DNA of 64,000 nucleotides. Origin: a bacterium (GTDB taxonomy: Bacteria > SM23-31). Where the stretch lies: positions 97,337 through 161,336 of the forward strand of contig CBDFMG010000005.1 in NCBI GenBank assembly GCA_965249485.1, given 5' to 3'. The notes below the pieces were generated by a model. The model was not told the origin of the DNA and did no database searches. It was given only the letters and a program-made list of their open reading frames with translations. Shown in pieces: positions 1-11,238 of this stretch. Position 1 is the first letter of the stretch, and each line of letters starts with the position of its first letter. The translations under genes were made by a program, and so were the position numbers.

Positions 1-19
1 ATTGTTTTTATTGCCGTTC

Positions 20-439
20 TCAAATCATATATTGATAATCCATTTTTAATTCAGAATTTGTTTCTCGCTCACCTGTGGATTTTTCAACTTCCATTCCTGC
101 TTCAGCTAACATTGGAATTTTTACTTTAAAATTAAATTTGGTTTTGGTACTGTCTTCATTTTCAATTGAACTACTAGATTGAATTGTAATCTCTAATTTT
201 TTAAGAATGGTTTTGTAAATGTCATGTAAAGTTATTGTTGGAGAACATTGAACAATAATTTTATTCTCCTGTTTTATGTGAGCATTTAGAAGGGTAGTTT
301 TTCCTTGTTTAGATGAACCATAGACTACAAGTTCCCTTTTTTGGTCAAATGCTTTCTTAAAACAATCATCTATTTCTTGCCTTGATACATACGTTGACAA
401 ATTATCATTAATTACCCCAAAAACTTTTTCTAATCTCAC
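20..439 (-). CDS. Small P-loop NTPase, possibly a truncated archaeal ATPase fragment
   Basis: Walker A motif GSSKQGKTTLL in a 139-aa ORF. No other domain is recognisable. Confidence 0.3.
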   Translation of the reverse strand: MRLEKVFGVINDNLSTYVSRQEIDDCFKKAFDQKRELVVYGSSKQGKTTLLNAHIKQENKIIVQCSPTITLHDIYKTILKKLEITIQSSSSIENEDSTKTKFNFKVKIPMLAEAGMEVEKSTGERETNSELKMDYQYMI

Positions 440-917
440 ATGGGCTGTTCATAAAAATTGTATTTAAATTAATCATTACTAGTATTCGTAACTTTGAAGA
501 ATTCGATCTAATTTTCAGGTCTCGATAACCCGACAGAACCAATAATAGCAAGTTTTATTTATGAAATAACACAACCAGAACCATCTTTCAAAGAGAGTGG
601 CTTAACCTATAGTAACAGCTACCTCTTCTGAGAGGAAGAAAAATGACAGATTTTAATCCTGAAAATTACAAAAGAATTACCACGATAGGTCAGATAAGAG
701 AACTTTCCGAAGATGATTTTGTATACCGTACAAGGGGGGGAAAAGAACCAATACTTCACTCTACAAGGTGCGCTTCTGTACTGTATCATGCAAAAAAATC
801 AGACGAGAAAAACCATTCCGCAGAGGAATCTAATGGAATGCCACTGGACCACTATTACCACATACCAAAAGATAGGCTGTCTGAATTTGCGATTCACAAA
901 AAATGTTATTGCATCTC

Positions 918-968
918 GTGAACTGCCACCGTACAAGTACGGTGGCCTTCTCGCCGTGTGATGATAAG
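918..968 (+). repeat. Type-1 dispersed hairpin repeat (~50 bp), copy 1 of 8
   Basis: Consensus GTGAACTGCCACCGTACAAGTACGGTGGCCTTCTCGCCGTGTGATTATAA. It contains the 9-bp-arm palindrome CCACCGTAC-WW-GTACGGTGG. Other copies are at about 31966-32016(+), 32962-33012(-), 34966-35008(+, partial), 43074-43108(+, partial), 44478-44529(+), 49022-49070(-) and 50293-50342(-). Confidence 0.8.
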
Positions 969-1029
969 CGTCACAAAATTTAATGGCAAAACGGCATACA
1001 GGATCAATAAGCATGCAGCAGAGGGGTTC

Positions 1030-1185
1030 TGCTAAATTCTGGTGATCAGATCATCAGAATTTAACAGTAGGGTTTGAAGAGTCATGTTTTTGACTTGGCA
1101 AATCCATACTGTTGCAAAATTTGATTTCAGAGAAGATCATAAATCTGTGTTGAAATGCGTTGATCACCAAAATTTACCAGAACCC
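1030..1185. mobile_element. MITE-like deletion derivative of the IS110-family element
   Basis: About 155 bp. Its right ~120 bp match the right end of the IS copy at 13700-13830. Its left end carries the degenerate palindromic TIR core ttctggtgatcagatcatcag. It has no ORF. Confidence 0.5.
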
Positions 1186-1261
1186 TCCAAAATAGCTTTC
1201 CACTATGAGATCAATGAATGGTGCATTTGGAATTATTGTTGCATTATACTTGAATTGCAAT

Positions 1262-1705
1262 TTACACAAATTCAGGAGTATCTATAACAATCGTTGTTTT
1301 TGGGGATGATATTTTGGCGATATACATTTCGATATTCCCAAATTTATCATACATTTCTTTAACCAAAGCAATTTTATCAATACCATGTTTTTGAAAATGA
1401 CCGTCCACAAATACCACGTATTTACCTACATATTCTGGATTTTGTAAATGGGTTTGTATAAAATCTTCAAATGCCCTTTTGTTTTTTGAATTTTTATTGT
1501 TTGCGATATCTTTTAATGAATTACTTTTCAAGAAATTTACAAAATAGTCCGCATAAGTACAAAAAAAGTTATCTTTAATATCAAACCATGATTGTATACT
1601 CTGTGGATAAAGTTCTGTTTTATTCAGATTCCATTTTTTAATTTCTGGGTTTTTTTGTTTAAACGAGCTTTCTTCTTTTAACTCATGCCAAATATTTTCA
1701 CTCAA
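1262..1705 (-). CDS. Hypothetical protein
   Basis: 147-aa ORF with no motif I recognise. The short overlapping ORF 1698-1895 may be an upstream extension. Confidence 0.35.
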   Translation of the reverse strand: MSENIWHELKEESSFKQKNPEIKKWNLNKTELYPQSIQSWFDIKDNFFCTYADYFVNFLKSNSLKDIANNKNSKNKRAFEDFIQTHLQNPEYVGKYVVFVDGHFQKHGIDKIALVKEMYDKFGNIEMYIAKISSPKTTIVIDTPEFV

Positions 1706-1854
1706 TTATATCATCACCAAATTTATTACGAAGATCTTGTATTTTAAATTTTAATGATTCTGTACCACTATTTGATGTATTAACAAGTTCTTCGACACTC
1801 TTTAAATCTAATTGAAAATTAACTACACCATCATGATCACCATCTGAATCATGA

Positions 1855-3230
1855 GTTTTTAGGAACTGGTAACTTTTAGTGATCGAGATCACCAAAATTT
1901 ATCCATGTGAATCATTTTTATACATTTCTTGCTTTTTCAAACATCAGGGCATTGCTCTCGCTAGAGAAGAATTCCAATCAAAAGATGTGCAGACATGTAT
2001 CCATACGAGACTATTCTCTCAATGCTATCTTCATCCTAGTTAGGATTATTCGCAGTTAACAGGCGAGGCTTGTCCCTCATAAATTTTAACGCGACTTGTA
2101 GCCCTAACTGTAATTTTGTACAAATTCCCTTCTCTCCTTTAGCATCCAATATATGACTCGCAGTATCTTTGATGCAGCAGCCACTGCAGCTTTGGATGTT
2201 CCTCTCTTCTTTTTTATTCTATTGTAAAACTTTGTAATGTCACTGTTCTTGGCATGTATTGCATGAGTGTGAATGCATTCTGTCAGAACCCATCTTAATG
2301 TCATGCTTCCTCTTTTTGTAATACTGCCATGATGTATGGTATCAGCTGAATTTCTGACTGATGGTACGACTCCTGCATATGCACACAGTTTGTGAGAGTC
2401 ATTGAATCTTTCAATGTCCGCAATCTCGGATGCAATGACTAGTGCAGAATAATTGCCAATTCCGGGAATCGAGTTTATCAGAATTGCATCAGGATTGGTC
2501 TTTACGGCAGCGTACACTTTTGAATTAATCTCTGCAATCTGCAAATTTAGATGGTTTATCTGTCGTAGGAATCCGTCTACTCTATAATCTCCTAATGCCC
2601 TGAGTCTTCTACAGTATATTTCAGTAAATGTAACTCCAGGAATTTTGATTCCACCCTGTAACAAAATCCCATGAATGGAATTCTTGATAGCAGTTCTCCA
2701 CTGGATGAGTTTCTTTCTGTATCTTACTAACTGGCGTTGTTGTACTATCTTTTTGTCTGGGACATAGCATTTGGCAATGTATCCACCACGTAGGAGATCT
2801 GCCAATATCCTGGCATCAATCTTGTCTGTCTTTTTCTTAGATGATGCAATTGCTTTTGTCAGATATGGGTTTGACAGTGTTACGTTTTTGTATTTCAATT
2901 GGTCTGTCAAAAATCTATATGTGTCATACCAGATTGATGAGGACTCCATGACGATGTTGGCAGAAATTGGGATATCTACAAAATGTTTCTTGATTGATTG
3001 GTGATTGTTTTCAACTTTGTCATTTTGTAATATGTTTCCGTCATTATCCATTATTGCTACTTGAAGAAACTTCTTGTGCAGGTCAATGCCCACATACATG
3101 GTCTTATTTGATTTGGTCCTAATCTGTTTCTTTGGACTTTTCTTGGATGATGCACTATAAGTTTTGGAACTATTAGATTCATCTGTAACGCTGTCTGATT
3201 TCCTTGCCTTGGTATTCACATATAGTTACC
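1855..3230 (-). mobile_element. IS110-family insertion sequence, copy 1, with its right end missing or diverged
   Basis: The left ~250 bp (1855-2100) are near-identical to 12325-12570 and include the palindrome ttttagtgatcgagatcaccaaaa. It contains the transposase CDS 2104-3219. Downstream sequence after 3220 no longer matches copy 2. Confidence 0.6.
2104..3219 (-). CDS. IS110-family (DEDD) transposase
   Basis: 371 aa. The N-terminus YVGIDLHKKFLQVAIMD is the IS110 RuvC-like start. The C-terminal HHGSITKRGSMTLRWVL segment is typical of IS110/IS1111. About 95% identical to ORF 12570-13685. Confidence 0.75.
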   Translation of the reverse strand: MNTKARKSDSVTDESNSSKTYSASSKKSPKKQIRTKSNKTMYVGIDLHKKFLQVAIMDNDGNILQNDKVENNHQSIKKHFVDIPISANIVMESSSIWYDTYRFLTDQLKYKNVTLSNPYLTKAIASSKKKTDKIDARILADLLRGGYIAKCYVPDKKIVQQRQLVRYRKKLIQWRTAIKNSIHGILLQGGIKIPGVTFTEIYCRRLRALGDYRVDGFLRQINHLNLQIAEINSKVYAAVKTNPDAILINSIPGIGNYSALVIASEIADIERFNDSHKLCAYAGVVPSVRNSADTIHHGSITKRGSMTLRWVLTECIHTHAIHAKNSDITKFYNRIKKKRGTSKAAVAAASKILRVIYWMLKERREFVQNYS

Positions 3231-3660
3231 AGTGTACTTCATTGAATGCATTGCATTGTCCTATGGAGATACACCATCTAATATTGTTGATACCCCATGT
3301 TGTGCAAAATCCAGCAAACTTTGGGGATTTCCGAATATGCTGTAGAGTATTTCATATACAGCACTGCTCAGAATCACTCCTGCTCCGAAATAGACTATGA
3401 ATCTTAACATCTAATATGATATAGGGGATCTGTATTTAAGACACAATTTTTCACGTTTGTTTGGAATTTTCTGTTTTTGCAATATCTTGAGAGAGAAAAG
3501 ATCACAAGAATACCTAGGGTGGTAGATATGTTATCTAATTCATCTTCAGAGACTACTTTGAATTTTTCTTTGACATTATTTTAGATTTAGACAGTTTCGC
3601 ACGTTTAAACATCTTCGTTGAAAGAAAACAATATTGTAGTATCTTGACTGATTGCTTGGA

Positions 3661-4377
3661 TCACTTCGAGGCCCAACCACGCTCGATCAGTTTTATTTTG
3701 GTTTCGGGTTTTACGCATGCAGGAGAGCCATCCTGTCTTTGAATCAATTCAAGATGGTTCTTGCATTTTATCTCATGTAATGATAATCCAGATTCAATTT
3801 GCTTTAGCGGAGCAGGATAAAATATGCTAAACCAATCTAACCCGTCTTTATTTTTGGCACTATAATCAATCAGGCATGGATCATAGGTAATTTTCCACAT
3901 ATTACCATCTCCCCATCCTGACGCTGGCAGTTCCGACACGACATATATGTCAATCATATCAGAGTTGTCTGAATTTGGCAATGTGTGATCAACATATTTT
4001 GCATATGCCGTGCCATTTGGGAATGCAATCAATCTGCGACCCGGAGATTCCACATCATGTGTGAAAAATACGATTGTATCAAATATCCCGGTATTGTTTC
4101 CAGTTTCAGTTACGGGATAGTTTTTTAACCTGTCTTCATTGTCTGTCCAAACCACAATGTCAAACCGTTCCACTTTTTCTGAATCTTGATTCATGTCATA
4201 ATCAATCACTCTCACAGTAGAGGTGTGTATCCTGCCCATATTGCAATGAAGTATCCATTCTATGGAACCTTCATGAAAATCCTCTTTAGTTGTGCTTGGT
4301 TGTTCTGCAAATGATGTTGTTACTGGAATCATCATTGAGAATATAAATATGATTAAAATCAAAATCCTGTTTTTCAT
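3661..4377 (-). CDS. Secreted hypothetical protein
   Basis: N-terminal signal peptide MKNRILILIIFIFSMMIPVTTSFA, 238 aa. Confidence 0.5.
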   Translation of the reverse strand: MKNRILILIIFIFSMMIPVTTSFAEQPSTTKEDFHEGSIEWILHCNMGRIHTSTVRVIDYDMNQDSEKVERFDIVVWTDNEDRLKNYPVTETGNNTGIFDTIVFFTHDVESPGRRLIAFPNGTAYAKYVDHTLPNSDNSDMIDIYVVSELPASGWGDGNMWKITYDPCLIDYSAKNKDGLDWFSIFYPAPLKQIESGLSLHEIKCKNHLELIQRQDGSPACVKPETKIKLIERGWASK

Positions 4378-4490
4378 CTTCTAGTCACTCCAATCATTCT
4401 CCTCCTTGCTCTAGAGTGACATTATTTATATTTTCTACAGGATTCAAATCTAATTGATATCATTTAGTATTAATAAAAAAAGAAGTGAGG

Positions 4491-5066
4491 TTAAAGATTT
4501 AGTTTGTCTTCAATATTTTCCCAAGGGATGAATACTGAATTATCAGTGCTGGAATGAAATCCTGTATGGGTTCCAAAGAATGTGGTCTTTGCTAGATTGG
4601 TATATGGTCCACCACTATCACCGTCATCTGAGATATCAGTTGTCAACTCAACTACGTCAAACCCAATACCGCCCTCATAACTTGTTGCAGAATTATTATT
4701 TACAATTCCGGCTTTTGTACCGCTTGTAGATCCAGACATAAGAACTAGCGTGTTATCTGCAGCTCTATCTGTGAAAGTCGTTATGGTGGTATAGTAATTG
4801 GCTGAGTACCATACCTTTTTTTCCTGATAGGAGTCACCGCTGTTTTTATCTATAAACGCACAGTCACATCCTACTTCCCATACCAATTGTGTAGCTTTTC
4901 CTATTTCAGGATCAGATGGAGTTGGTTGATCAACATGGTTCTGGTGCATTCTGGTGATCAGATCATCATTTTGCACCATAACCCAGGATCTTAGAAGGCT
5001 AAAGTCTTGGATGTACAAGAAGCAGACAGAGCATCTCAAGCCGCATCTGATGAACAGAAAGAGCAC
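4491..5066 (-). CDS. Hypothetical protein whose true start is probably internal
   Basis: The ORF's 5' end overlaps an IS-end-like palindrome at 4944-4975 (ttctggtgatcagatcatcattttgcacc), so the annotated N-terminus is doubtful. Confidence 0.3.
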   Translation of the reverse strand: MLFLFIRCGLRCSVCFLYIQDFSLLRSWVMVQNDDLITRMHQNHVDQPTPSDPEIGKATQLVWEVGCDCAFIDKNSGDSYQEKKVWYSANYYTTITTFTDRAADNTLVLMSGSTSGTKAGIVNNNSATSYEGGIGFDVVELTTDISDDGDSGGPYTNLAKTTFFGTHTGFHSSTDNSVFIPWENIEDKLNL

Positions 5067-5165
5067 CGACAGAAAGCGGCAGAACGAGAAGCTGTTTTAG
5101 ATTTTAGAATCTAACCAGAAATGAGAGTTAGTTATGTCCATGTTTCAGTTACACACGAAGAAACA

Positions 5166-6128
5166 CTATTGAAAATAACAAGAAACATCACCCGGTTTGC
5201 AATTGGCATCATACTTAACAACATCCAGCATAAAATCTAACACGTAGATTTCATCATTATACTGTATAATGTTTTGTGATAACAATACATCAGGTTTAGA
5301 ATATTTTTGTTCAAATAATCTGTCCAGATGACTCTGATATTCCAGATGTTCTGGAGTTGATATCGGAACGTCTTTGCTTTCAAGAAGCGCCTCTTTTAGC
5401 TTTGGCATTTTTTCCAAGTCCTCATCATGTAACGTCACAAATCCAGACAGATCAAAAAAAGTCTTGTTTCTGTACGATGTGGGATCAAATGATTCTATAG
5501 AAATCTGCGTATAGTCCCATTCCTCTGTAAACAAGTCAATGTCGATATGGTACTCTTGTCCATTGTAAATGATTGCCCGAGTAGATTCCCCCTCTCTGCC
5601 GGTCTTTTCAAAAGCTTTTTCCATCAAAATGCGTTTTAATTCATTCTTTTCTGTGGCATTTATTGCTGAGAATCCTTGAATTTTATTCAGGTTACTTTTG
5701 CCGATGTTGTCTATTGCTTGCAGTAATGCAGGAAATCTTTGGATTTCATCAGGACTTAACTGTACTGCTGGTCTGTACAATTCAATAAAGTCCATTTCAC
5801 TACGTCCTAGAAAAGAAGATTTCTCATATGGTAATGCCTCATTGACAAGAATCACAGCATCATTTTTTCTTTGGTTATCAAATAGTGTTGGCGCTTCTTT
5901 TTGCTCGTATCCTCCTGATGAAGTTCCTTTTGGAGTTACTGATTCACCAGTAAGATATCCTCTTTGGATAAGTTTTTCAACAGAATCCTCAAATACTGAA
6001 ACTACTTGACCTCTCAAATTGTACATTTTAATTTCAATCTTATCTGACGTACTATTGTCTGCAAAAGCAAAACCTGTCACCAAAAATAATGCTGCCAATA
6101 CAGAAATCATAATGCTGTTTATTTTCAT
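5166..6128 (-). CDS. Secreted hypothetical protein
   Basis: Signal peptide MKINSIMISVLAALFLVTGFAFA, 320 aa. Confidence 0.5.
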   Translation of the reverse strand: MKINSIMISVLAALFLVTGFAFADNSTSDKIEIKMYNLRGQVVSVFEDSVEKLIQRGYLTGESVTPKGTSSGGYEQKEAPTLFDNQRKNDAVILVNEALPYEKSSFLGRSEMDFIELYRPAVQLSPDEIQRFPALLQAIDNIGKSNLNKIQGFSAINATEKNELKRILMEKAFEKTGREGESTRAIIYNGQEYHIDIDLFTEEWDYTQISIESFDPTSYRNKTFFDLSGFVTLHDEDLEKMPKLKEALLESKDVPISTPEHLEYQSHLDRLFEQKYSKPDVLLSQNIIQYNDEIYVLDFMLDVVKYDANCKPGDVSCYFQ

Positions 6129-6182
6129 AATATTATGGAAAAATTTGATTTATTTAAAGATGAATAAAAAAAGAAAAAAGGG

Positions 6183-6413
6183 TTACAGACCTTCAGCGTC
6201 TGCGTAATCATTTATTGTGTCAATGCTCTCTTGAATGAATTCGGCAGTAAAATTATCTTCGTCAATAGACACACCACCAGCCATGATAGTATAATCACCA
6301 AGTAGTAGATCATTGTTGTGTCTTGCATCCATCAAGTGTCCTATCTCATGTGCTACAAGGATCTTTTGCTCATATGATGTACCATCATAAGTATTGTTGG
6401 AGTTATTGTCCAA
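6183..6413 (-). pseudogene. Metzincin-type zinc metalloprotease fragment
   Basis: A 76-aa ORF carries HEIGHLMDARH, i.e. HExxHxxxxxH. It is too short for a complete protease. Confidence 0.4.
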
Positions 6414-6570
6414 ACATGTATAATAATTCAGCAGAATTCCTTTTAAGGATTTAATCAGAATTTGAATGATAAAACAAACTGCACGTAGATGTCAATTAGG
6501 CAACTTTACAGGAACAAAAACTGTGAAAAATTCCTAAGAATCAATCCATTCTAAATTTTTTAGAATGTTT

Positions 6571-7587
6571 TTACCGCGTTCTGTAAGAAATAGTCGTAGT
6601 GCATTGATAATCTTCCGTGTTTTGATTCACAATGAATACCGATCCTTCATCACATAGTATGTTAGCCCATGTAACCTTTTTTGATTTAGACTGTTGTTGA
6701 TGATTTTGATTAATCACATCGACCAGCGAGAATCCTTCTCCTCCTGAGCTGCTGATGCTTTCTTCTGAGCTGCTTCCGCCGCCGTTTAGCACACTGCTGA
6801 TGCTTTCTTCTGAGCTTTCGCTATTGTTATCATCATTACCACTGTTGAATATGTCGGCCAGCGAGAATCCTTCTGAGCTGCCACTGCTGATGCTTTCTTC
6901 TGAGCTTCCGCCATTGTTATCATCATTACCACTGTTGAATATGTCAGCCAGCGAGAATCCTTCTGAGCTGCTTCCGCTATTGTTATCACTGTTGAATATG
7001 TCAGCCAATCCGTCACCAAAGTTGCTGACGCTGTTTAGCACACCGGCCAGCGAGAATCCTTCTGAGCTGCTTCCGCTATTGTTATCACTGTTGAATATGT
7101 CAGCCAATCCGTCACCAAAGTTGCTGACGCTGTTTAGCACACCGGCCAGCGAGAATCCTTCTGAGCTACTGCTTCCAGACTGTAAAGAGAAGCTTGACAA
7201 TTGTTTGGATCCTGTTACAAAGAACGTCTCAGTTACAGACAGGCCGCTGTCTGTCCGCACGGTGGCCTTGTATTTGCCGTTCATGCTGTAGTCATCTGCC
7301 AGATGTCCTACCTGAGATCCCCAGGTTCCCTCTGTCCACTGCCTTATCATGACTTCCTTGTTTTTGATTATGCTGCCAGAGGGATCAGTAATCACCAAAT
7401 AGTAATATCCGTCCTGCGGGTTGTAGTTTGATACCCACACATTCATGCGCAGCAGATCATCCTTGCTCACATCAATGGTGTTTCCAAGTGGAAAAGAAAT
7501 GGTAATTCCAGTCTGGCCATATGCTACTGTCGCAGGCATACAAAATATCATCGTCGTCACTATGATTGCCATAATGTACATCATCAT
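6571..7587 (-). CDS. Secreted Ser/Gly/Asn-rich protein with internal tandem repeats
   Basis: N-terminal hydrophobic signal. The unit SSEGFSLAGVLNSVSNFGDGLADIFNSDNNSG and variants repeat at least four times, reflected in ~100-bp DNA repeats over 6750-7200. Confidence 0.5.
   Translation of the reverse strand: MMMYIMAIIVTTMIFCMPATVAYGQTGITISFPLGNTIDVSKDDLLRMNVWVSNYNPQDGYYYLVITDPSGSIIKNKEVMIRQWTEGTWGSQVGHLADDYSMNGKYKATVRTDSGLSVTETFFVTGSKQLSSFSLQSGSSSSEGFSLAGVLNSVSNFGDGLADIFNSDNNSGSSSEGFSLAGVLNSVSNFGDGLADIFNSDNNSGSSSEGFSLADIFNSGNDDNNGGSSEESISSGSSEGFSLADIFNSGNDDNNSESSEESISSVLNGGGSSSEESISSSGGEGFSLVDVINQNHQQQSKSKKVTWANILCDEGSVFIVNQNTEDYQCTTTISYRTR
6760..7200. repeat. Intragenic tandem repeats of roughly 100-120 bp, about 4 units
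   Basis: The DNA motif cagcgagaatccttctgagctgcttccgc... recurs directly and gives the protein-level repeats in ORF 6571-7587. Confidence 0.55.
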
Positions 7588-8560
7588 ATAACAAAAGATG
7601 GATGTTTTTCTATTAAGGCAAAAGTTTTTCTATTAAGACCAAAAAGCTATTGCAAACTCCACCCATGACAGGAAATGATCAGATTAATTTTTTAGAAAAA
7701 CTTTCAAAATGACCCCCCCCTTTATGCTATTTTTTGAAACTAAACTAATGGAAGGTGTGTTTGCAAGAAATGAATAAAAAAAACTGGAAGTTCCATATAG
7801 ATAGGTCTCATAATATTGAATATCTTTTCTAGTATTTTACTCCTGCATTTTCCTGCATGTTCTATTTCAGTAAACACATAGAATTACTCAAAATAACATA
7901 GAATACACTAAATTTAATTTTAAATCCATGACGCGCCCCTGATTGAAATTGAATTTCAAATTTTTAAATTTAATTTTTAAATTTTACAAGACTGCCCTCT
8001 CTGAGGGAAGCGGGGTATGGGTTGAGGTGGAGGAAGAAGAAAGATATAGTGTCTGACTAGTAGACAAATCAGAGCATGACTGAAATCATCTATGTCTTGC
8101 TGGCACTTGTCGGCGTGTTTTTGTTTGGAACCATATGGTACAGAAGAAAATTCAAGCAAAAAGAGGCCGAATCAGATTATTTCACCTACCACTACATCCA
8201 GATCAGGCAAGGCAGAAAAGATACCGGCATGGAAGATGCAATACGGCAGAACCACACAAAATACGAGAAGAGAATACGTGCATGGGAGAAACCAGTCTTT
8301 GGCAATAATGGTTCCTCAAAGGAATCTCAAGACAATTAATAATAATAAATATGAAACCAGATAGTCCCAAATGTACTCTGGTTAACAGTATGACAAATCC
8401 TACAATTTCAAACATAATTCCTGATGTTTAACCCAAAAGCAGCATCAAAAATCAATGAATTATGCGTAACAGCCTGATATTTTATCAAGTGCTTCTTTAT
8501 TGATTTTTTAATTTGTTCATTCTGAAACGGATATTAATCTAGGAAATCTCGTCATAAATT

Positions 8561-8722
8561 ATGATCATAAAGACAGAAGTTACATGTGAAAAATGTAAAA
8601 GAGAGATCAGGGGGCTTTTAACACTAAACAAGAAAAATCAAATTATTGATTCTGATGGATTTATGATATTTGAAAATGGTGCCGTTTGCGATACTTGTCT
8701 TAATGATTTACCTGATAATTAA
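8561..8722 (+). CDS. Small zinc-ribbon protein; weak call
   Basis: Reads MIIKTEVTCEKCKREI...GAVCDTCLNDLPDN, with two CxxC pairs. It is too short to appear in the ORF track. Confidence 0.25.
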   Translation: MIIKTEVTCEKCKREIRGLLTLNKKNQIIDSDGFMIFENGAVCDTCLNDLPDN

Positions 8723-8969
8723 TTATATTAGATCTATTTCGGCACCTGATAGTAAACGGATGTGGTGCATTCTGGTCATCATTTTGCACCAGAACCTTCT
8801 CATCAACCGACAGGTAACACCGACAAAAACAACCTAAGAGGTAACAGCACCATCTATCAGGTTAAACAGGTGGAAGTGAATCAACTATTTTTATTAATTC
8901 TTTATCAGTTTTAGATTTTAAAGAGGACATAATTTATTTAATAATTTATAGTAAAAAAAGAAAAAAAGG

Positions 8970-9581
8970 TTAGTTGGCTTCATTAAATGCGATATCTAAT
9001 GATTTGCCTTCTTTATTTTTGTCATTGTATGCTTTATCATCGACAACTGTGTATTTTCCAAATTTTCCTAATTCTACAAAGTAGATTCCATCATCTTCAA
9101 AAATAGGACCATTTTTATCATGACCTACATGAAGAATTACTTTCTCTCCGATCTCAAATTGTGGTTCAAAGTCTGAAAGATAGAATTCACCACCTTCATA
9201 GACACCATTTAGGTAAACAGTAAACTGAGAACCTTTCTTTAATTTGATACCTTCAGTTTTATCCTTGAATTTTTTCTCAAGTTCGATTGTTACTGGAACA
9301 AATCCTAATTGATTTTCAGATTCATCAGTCCACTCAATAGGATCACCTACAGATAGAACTTTACCTAAAACAGTTAGTACCACAGTTTTTTTAGTTTCTG
9401 CAATATCCTCAGTAGCTACAGTAAAACCTGATGGAACAACTGTAAGATTTGGATTTGCCTTTGTAATATCGGATTGTACGTAAACATAGCCATCTTCGGA
9501 CACATTTAGTAATGCTACTGCACCAAGAGATATTGCAACAATTGCAAAAATACTAGTTATAGTTAATTTCTGTTTGTTCAT
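8970..9581 (-). CDS. Secreted hypothetical protein
   Basis: Signal/TM segment LTITSIFAIVAISLGAVALL, 203 aa. Confidence 0.45.
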   Translation of the reverse strand: MNKQKLTITSIFAIVAISLGAVALLNVSEDGYVYVQSDITKANPNLTVVPSGFTVATEDIAETKKTVVLTVLGKVLSVGDPIEWTDESENQLGFVPVTIELEKKFKDKTEGIKLKKGSQFTVYLNGVYEGGEFYLSDFEPQFEIGEKVILHVGHDKNGPIFEDDGIYFVELGKFGKYTVVDDKAYNDKNKEGKSLDIAFNEAN

Positions 9582-9590
9582 TTCTTTCTC

Positions 9591-10232
9591 CTAAGTGTAG
9601 TAGGCATTTATGTCTGCGATGTCTTCAGTTTGTAGCTGGTTAAAATCAGCGTGACATCCTGATTCCATTGCAGTATGTCCACTCCAAGCACCCCAATGCC
9701 ATGAATGATGAGCTAGGCCTGCTAGGTGTCCCATTTCATGAGTTAGAATATAGTCTGGATTTACTTCACCATTGCTTAGATTGCAACCAATATTAGGATT
9801 ATAGTCGAGATTATCGTTTGTATTAAGCCAAATTACTTTGTAGAGGCCACCACCACCAGTATAAGGAAGGGTTTGACCCATAAAATTTGTACTTGAATAA
9901 TACTGTGCATCAATTCTACTATTGTATCCTTGATTGTTAGAACCAACTTCAGTTAAATCAAAATCAGTTTGATCTACTGTATTTCTTGGTACTTCAGCAA
10001 TCAATCTTAATGCAACACTGTTACCTTCTGAACCATCATAAGTAACATCATCTAATGCATCATCATCATACCATATGGTTTCAGAATCTGAAACACCAAA
10101 TGGATACAATGTTAGGATACTACCATTATTGTCGTGTGCATAAGCTGGTGTTGCCATAACAAATGTTAATGCAACAGCTAGTAAACTTATCGAAGTTGTC
10201 GTGATTATTTTTGTATTTTTTATGTCGTTCAT
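9591..10232 (-). CDS. Secreted zinc metalloprotease, metzincin-like
   Basis: Signal peptide followed by the HEMGHLAGLAHH zinc-binding motif (HExxHxxGxxH). Confidence 0.6.
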   Translation of the reverse strand: MNDIKNTKIITTTSISLLAVALTFVMATPAYAHDNNGSILTLYPFGVSDSETIWYDDDALDDVTYDGSEGNSVALRLIAEVPRNTVDQTDFDLTEVGSNNQGYNSRIDAQYYSSTNFMGQTLPYTGGGGLYKVIWLNTNDNLDYNPNIGCNLSNGEVNPDYILTHEMGHLAGLAHHSWHWGAWSGHTAMESGCHADFNQLQTEDIADINAYYT

Positions 10233-10766
10233 GTTATTACTAAGTATGATTTTATCCTACTATATAATCTCTATTACTTTATCCTACTTTATATCTTCAT
10301 AAAATTGTAAAGTAGATTCAACATACATATAGAATGTTATTGATATGATTAAAACAAAATCAATTTATTGATAATTATTTTTTGGTCTTGTTTTTTGTAG
10401 AATTAATACAGTAATCCATTCCATGAGATCTGCTCGAAAATATTCTCTGGTTTATCTGAGAGTCCAACCATTTTAGAAGGTCAGGCGATACTGTAACACT
10501 AATTTTCTGCTTGCCCACAAATACATAATATACTTTATCTTATAAAACAATTCTGCCAAAATTGGAAATGATATGTCTGTACAGGCTTAGATGGTTAGTT
10601 CAATACGGTATTGTACAAAATCGTCAACCGACAATCAACACCGAGAAGATCCACCTAAGACGCCACAGCACCGTTTCGTGGGTGATCGGAGTTTATTCCA
10701 ACTCTCCTATAATCCATAAACACCTACGAGATTATTATTTTTGAAATTTTAAAAATTATGGATTTT

Positions 10767-11129
10767 TTAATTATTTTTAATTTTCTTAAGAAATTTAATA
10801 GATGAATGCACCTCCTCATATTTTTCCATTTTTTTGAAAAACTTTTTCATATCCAAAAATACATCGTATGCTTCTTTATGCTTAACATTGCATATATGCT
10901 CACGAAATAAAACACATTTGTCATGTAAATGCACATCAAAAAATTCAGGATATTGTAATCTTAATTCATCAAGAAGACCCATTTGTTGATCAACATAATC
11001 TTGTATTAGTTCTTGATCAGTCTTGTTTGTTTCTGCTTGTGCATAATTCATTCCACTAAATGGAAGAATCATTACAGCAATCAAAGAAGCAAACAAAATT
11101 GTTTTTGTTGTTTTTGTTATATTTTTCAT
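10767..11129 (-). CDS. Small secreted protein
   Basis: Signal peptide ILFASLIAVMILPFSGMNYAQA, 120 aa. Confidence 0.4.
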   Translation of the reverse strand: MKNITKTTKTILFASLIAVMILPFSGMNYAQAETNKTDQELIQDYVDQQMGLLDELRLQYPEFFDVHLHDKCVLFREHICNVKHKEAYDVFLDMKKFFKKMEKYEEVHSSIKFLKKIKNN

Positions 11130-11238
11130 GTTATTGTATTCAACAAATATTCAGAAGTATTAAAAGTAGGTGATGCTTTGTTTCCTAACTGTAAAAATCA
11201 TTAACATCCTTTAATTGAACAATCAATTTTTGATTATT

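Noticed and set aside
6755-7291. 178-aa plus-strand ORF rich in L/S/P inside the tandem-repeat gene
   Set aside because: It is a low-complexity antisense translation of the repeat DNA. The minus-strand ORF has a signal peptide and coherent repeats.
8076-8415. Overlapping 60-90-aa ORFs in the 7.6-8.9-kb intergenic region
   Set aside because: They overlap each other in different frames with no signal or motif. They are likely non-coding, apart from the separate zinc-ribbon ORF at 8561.
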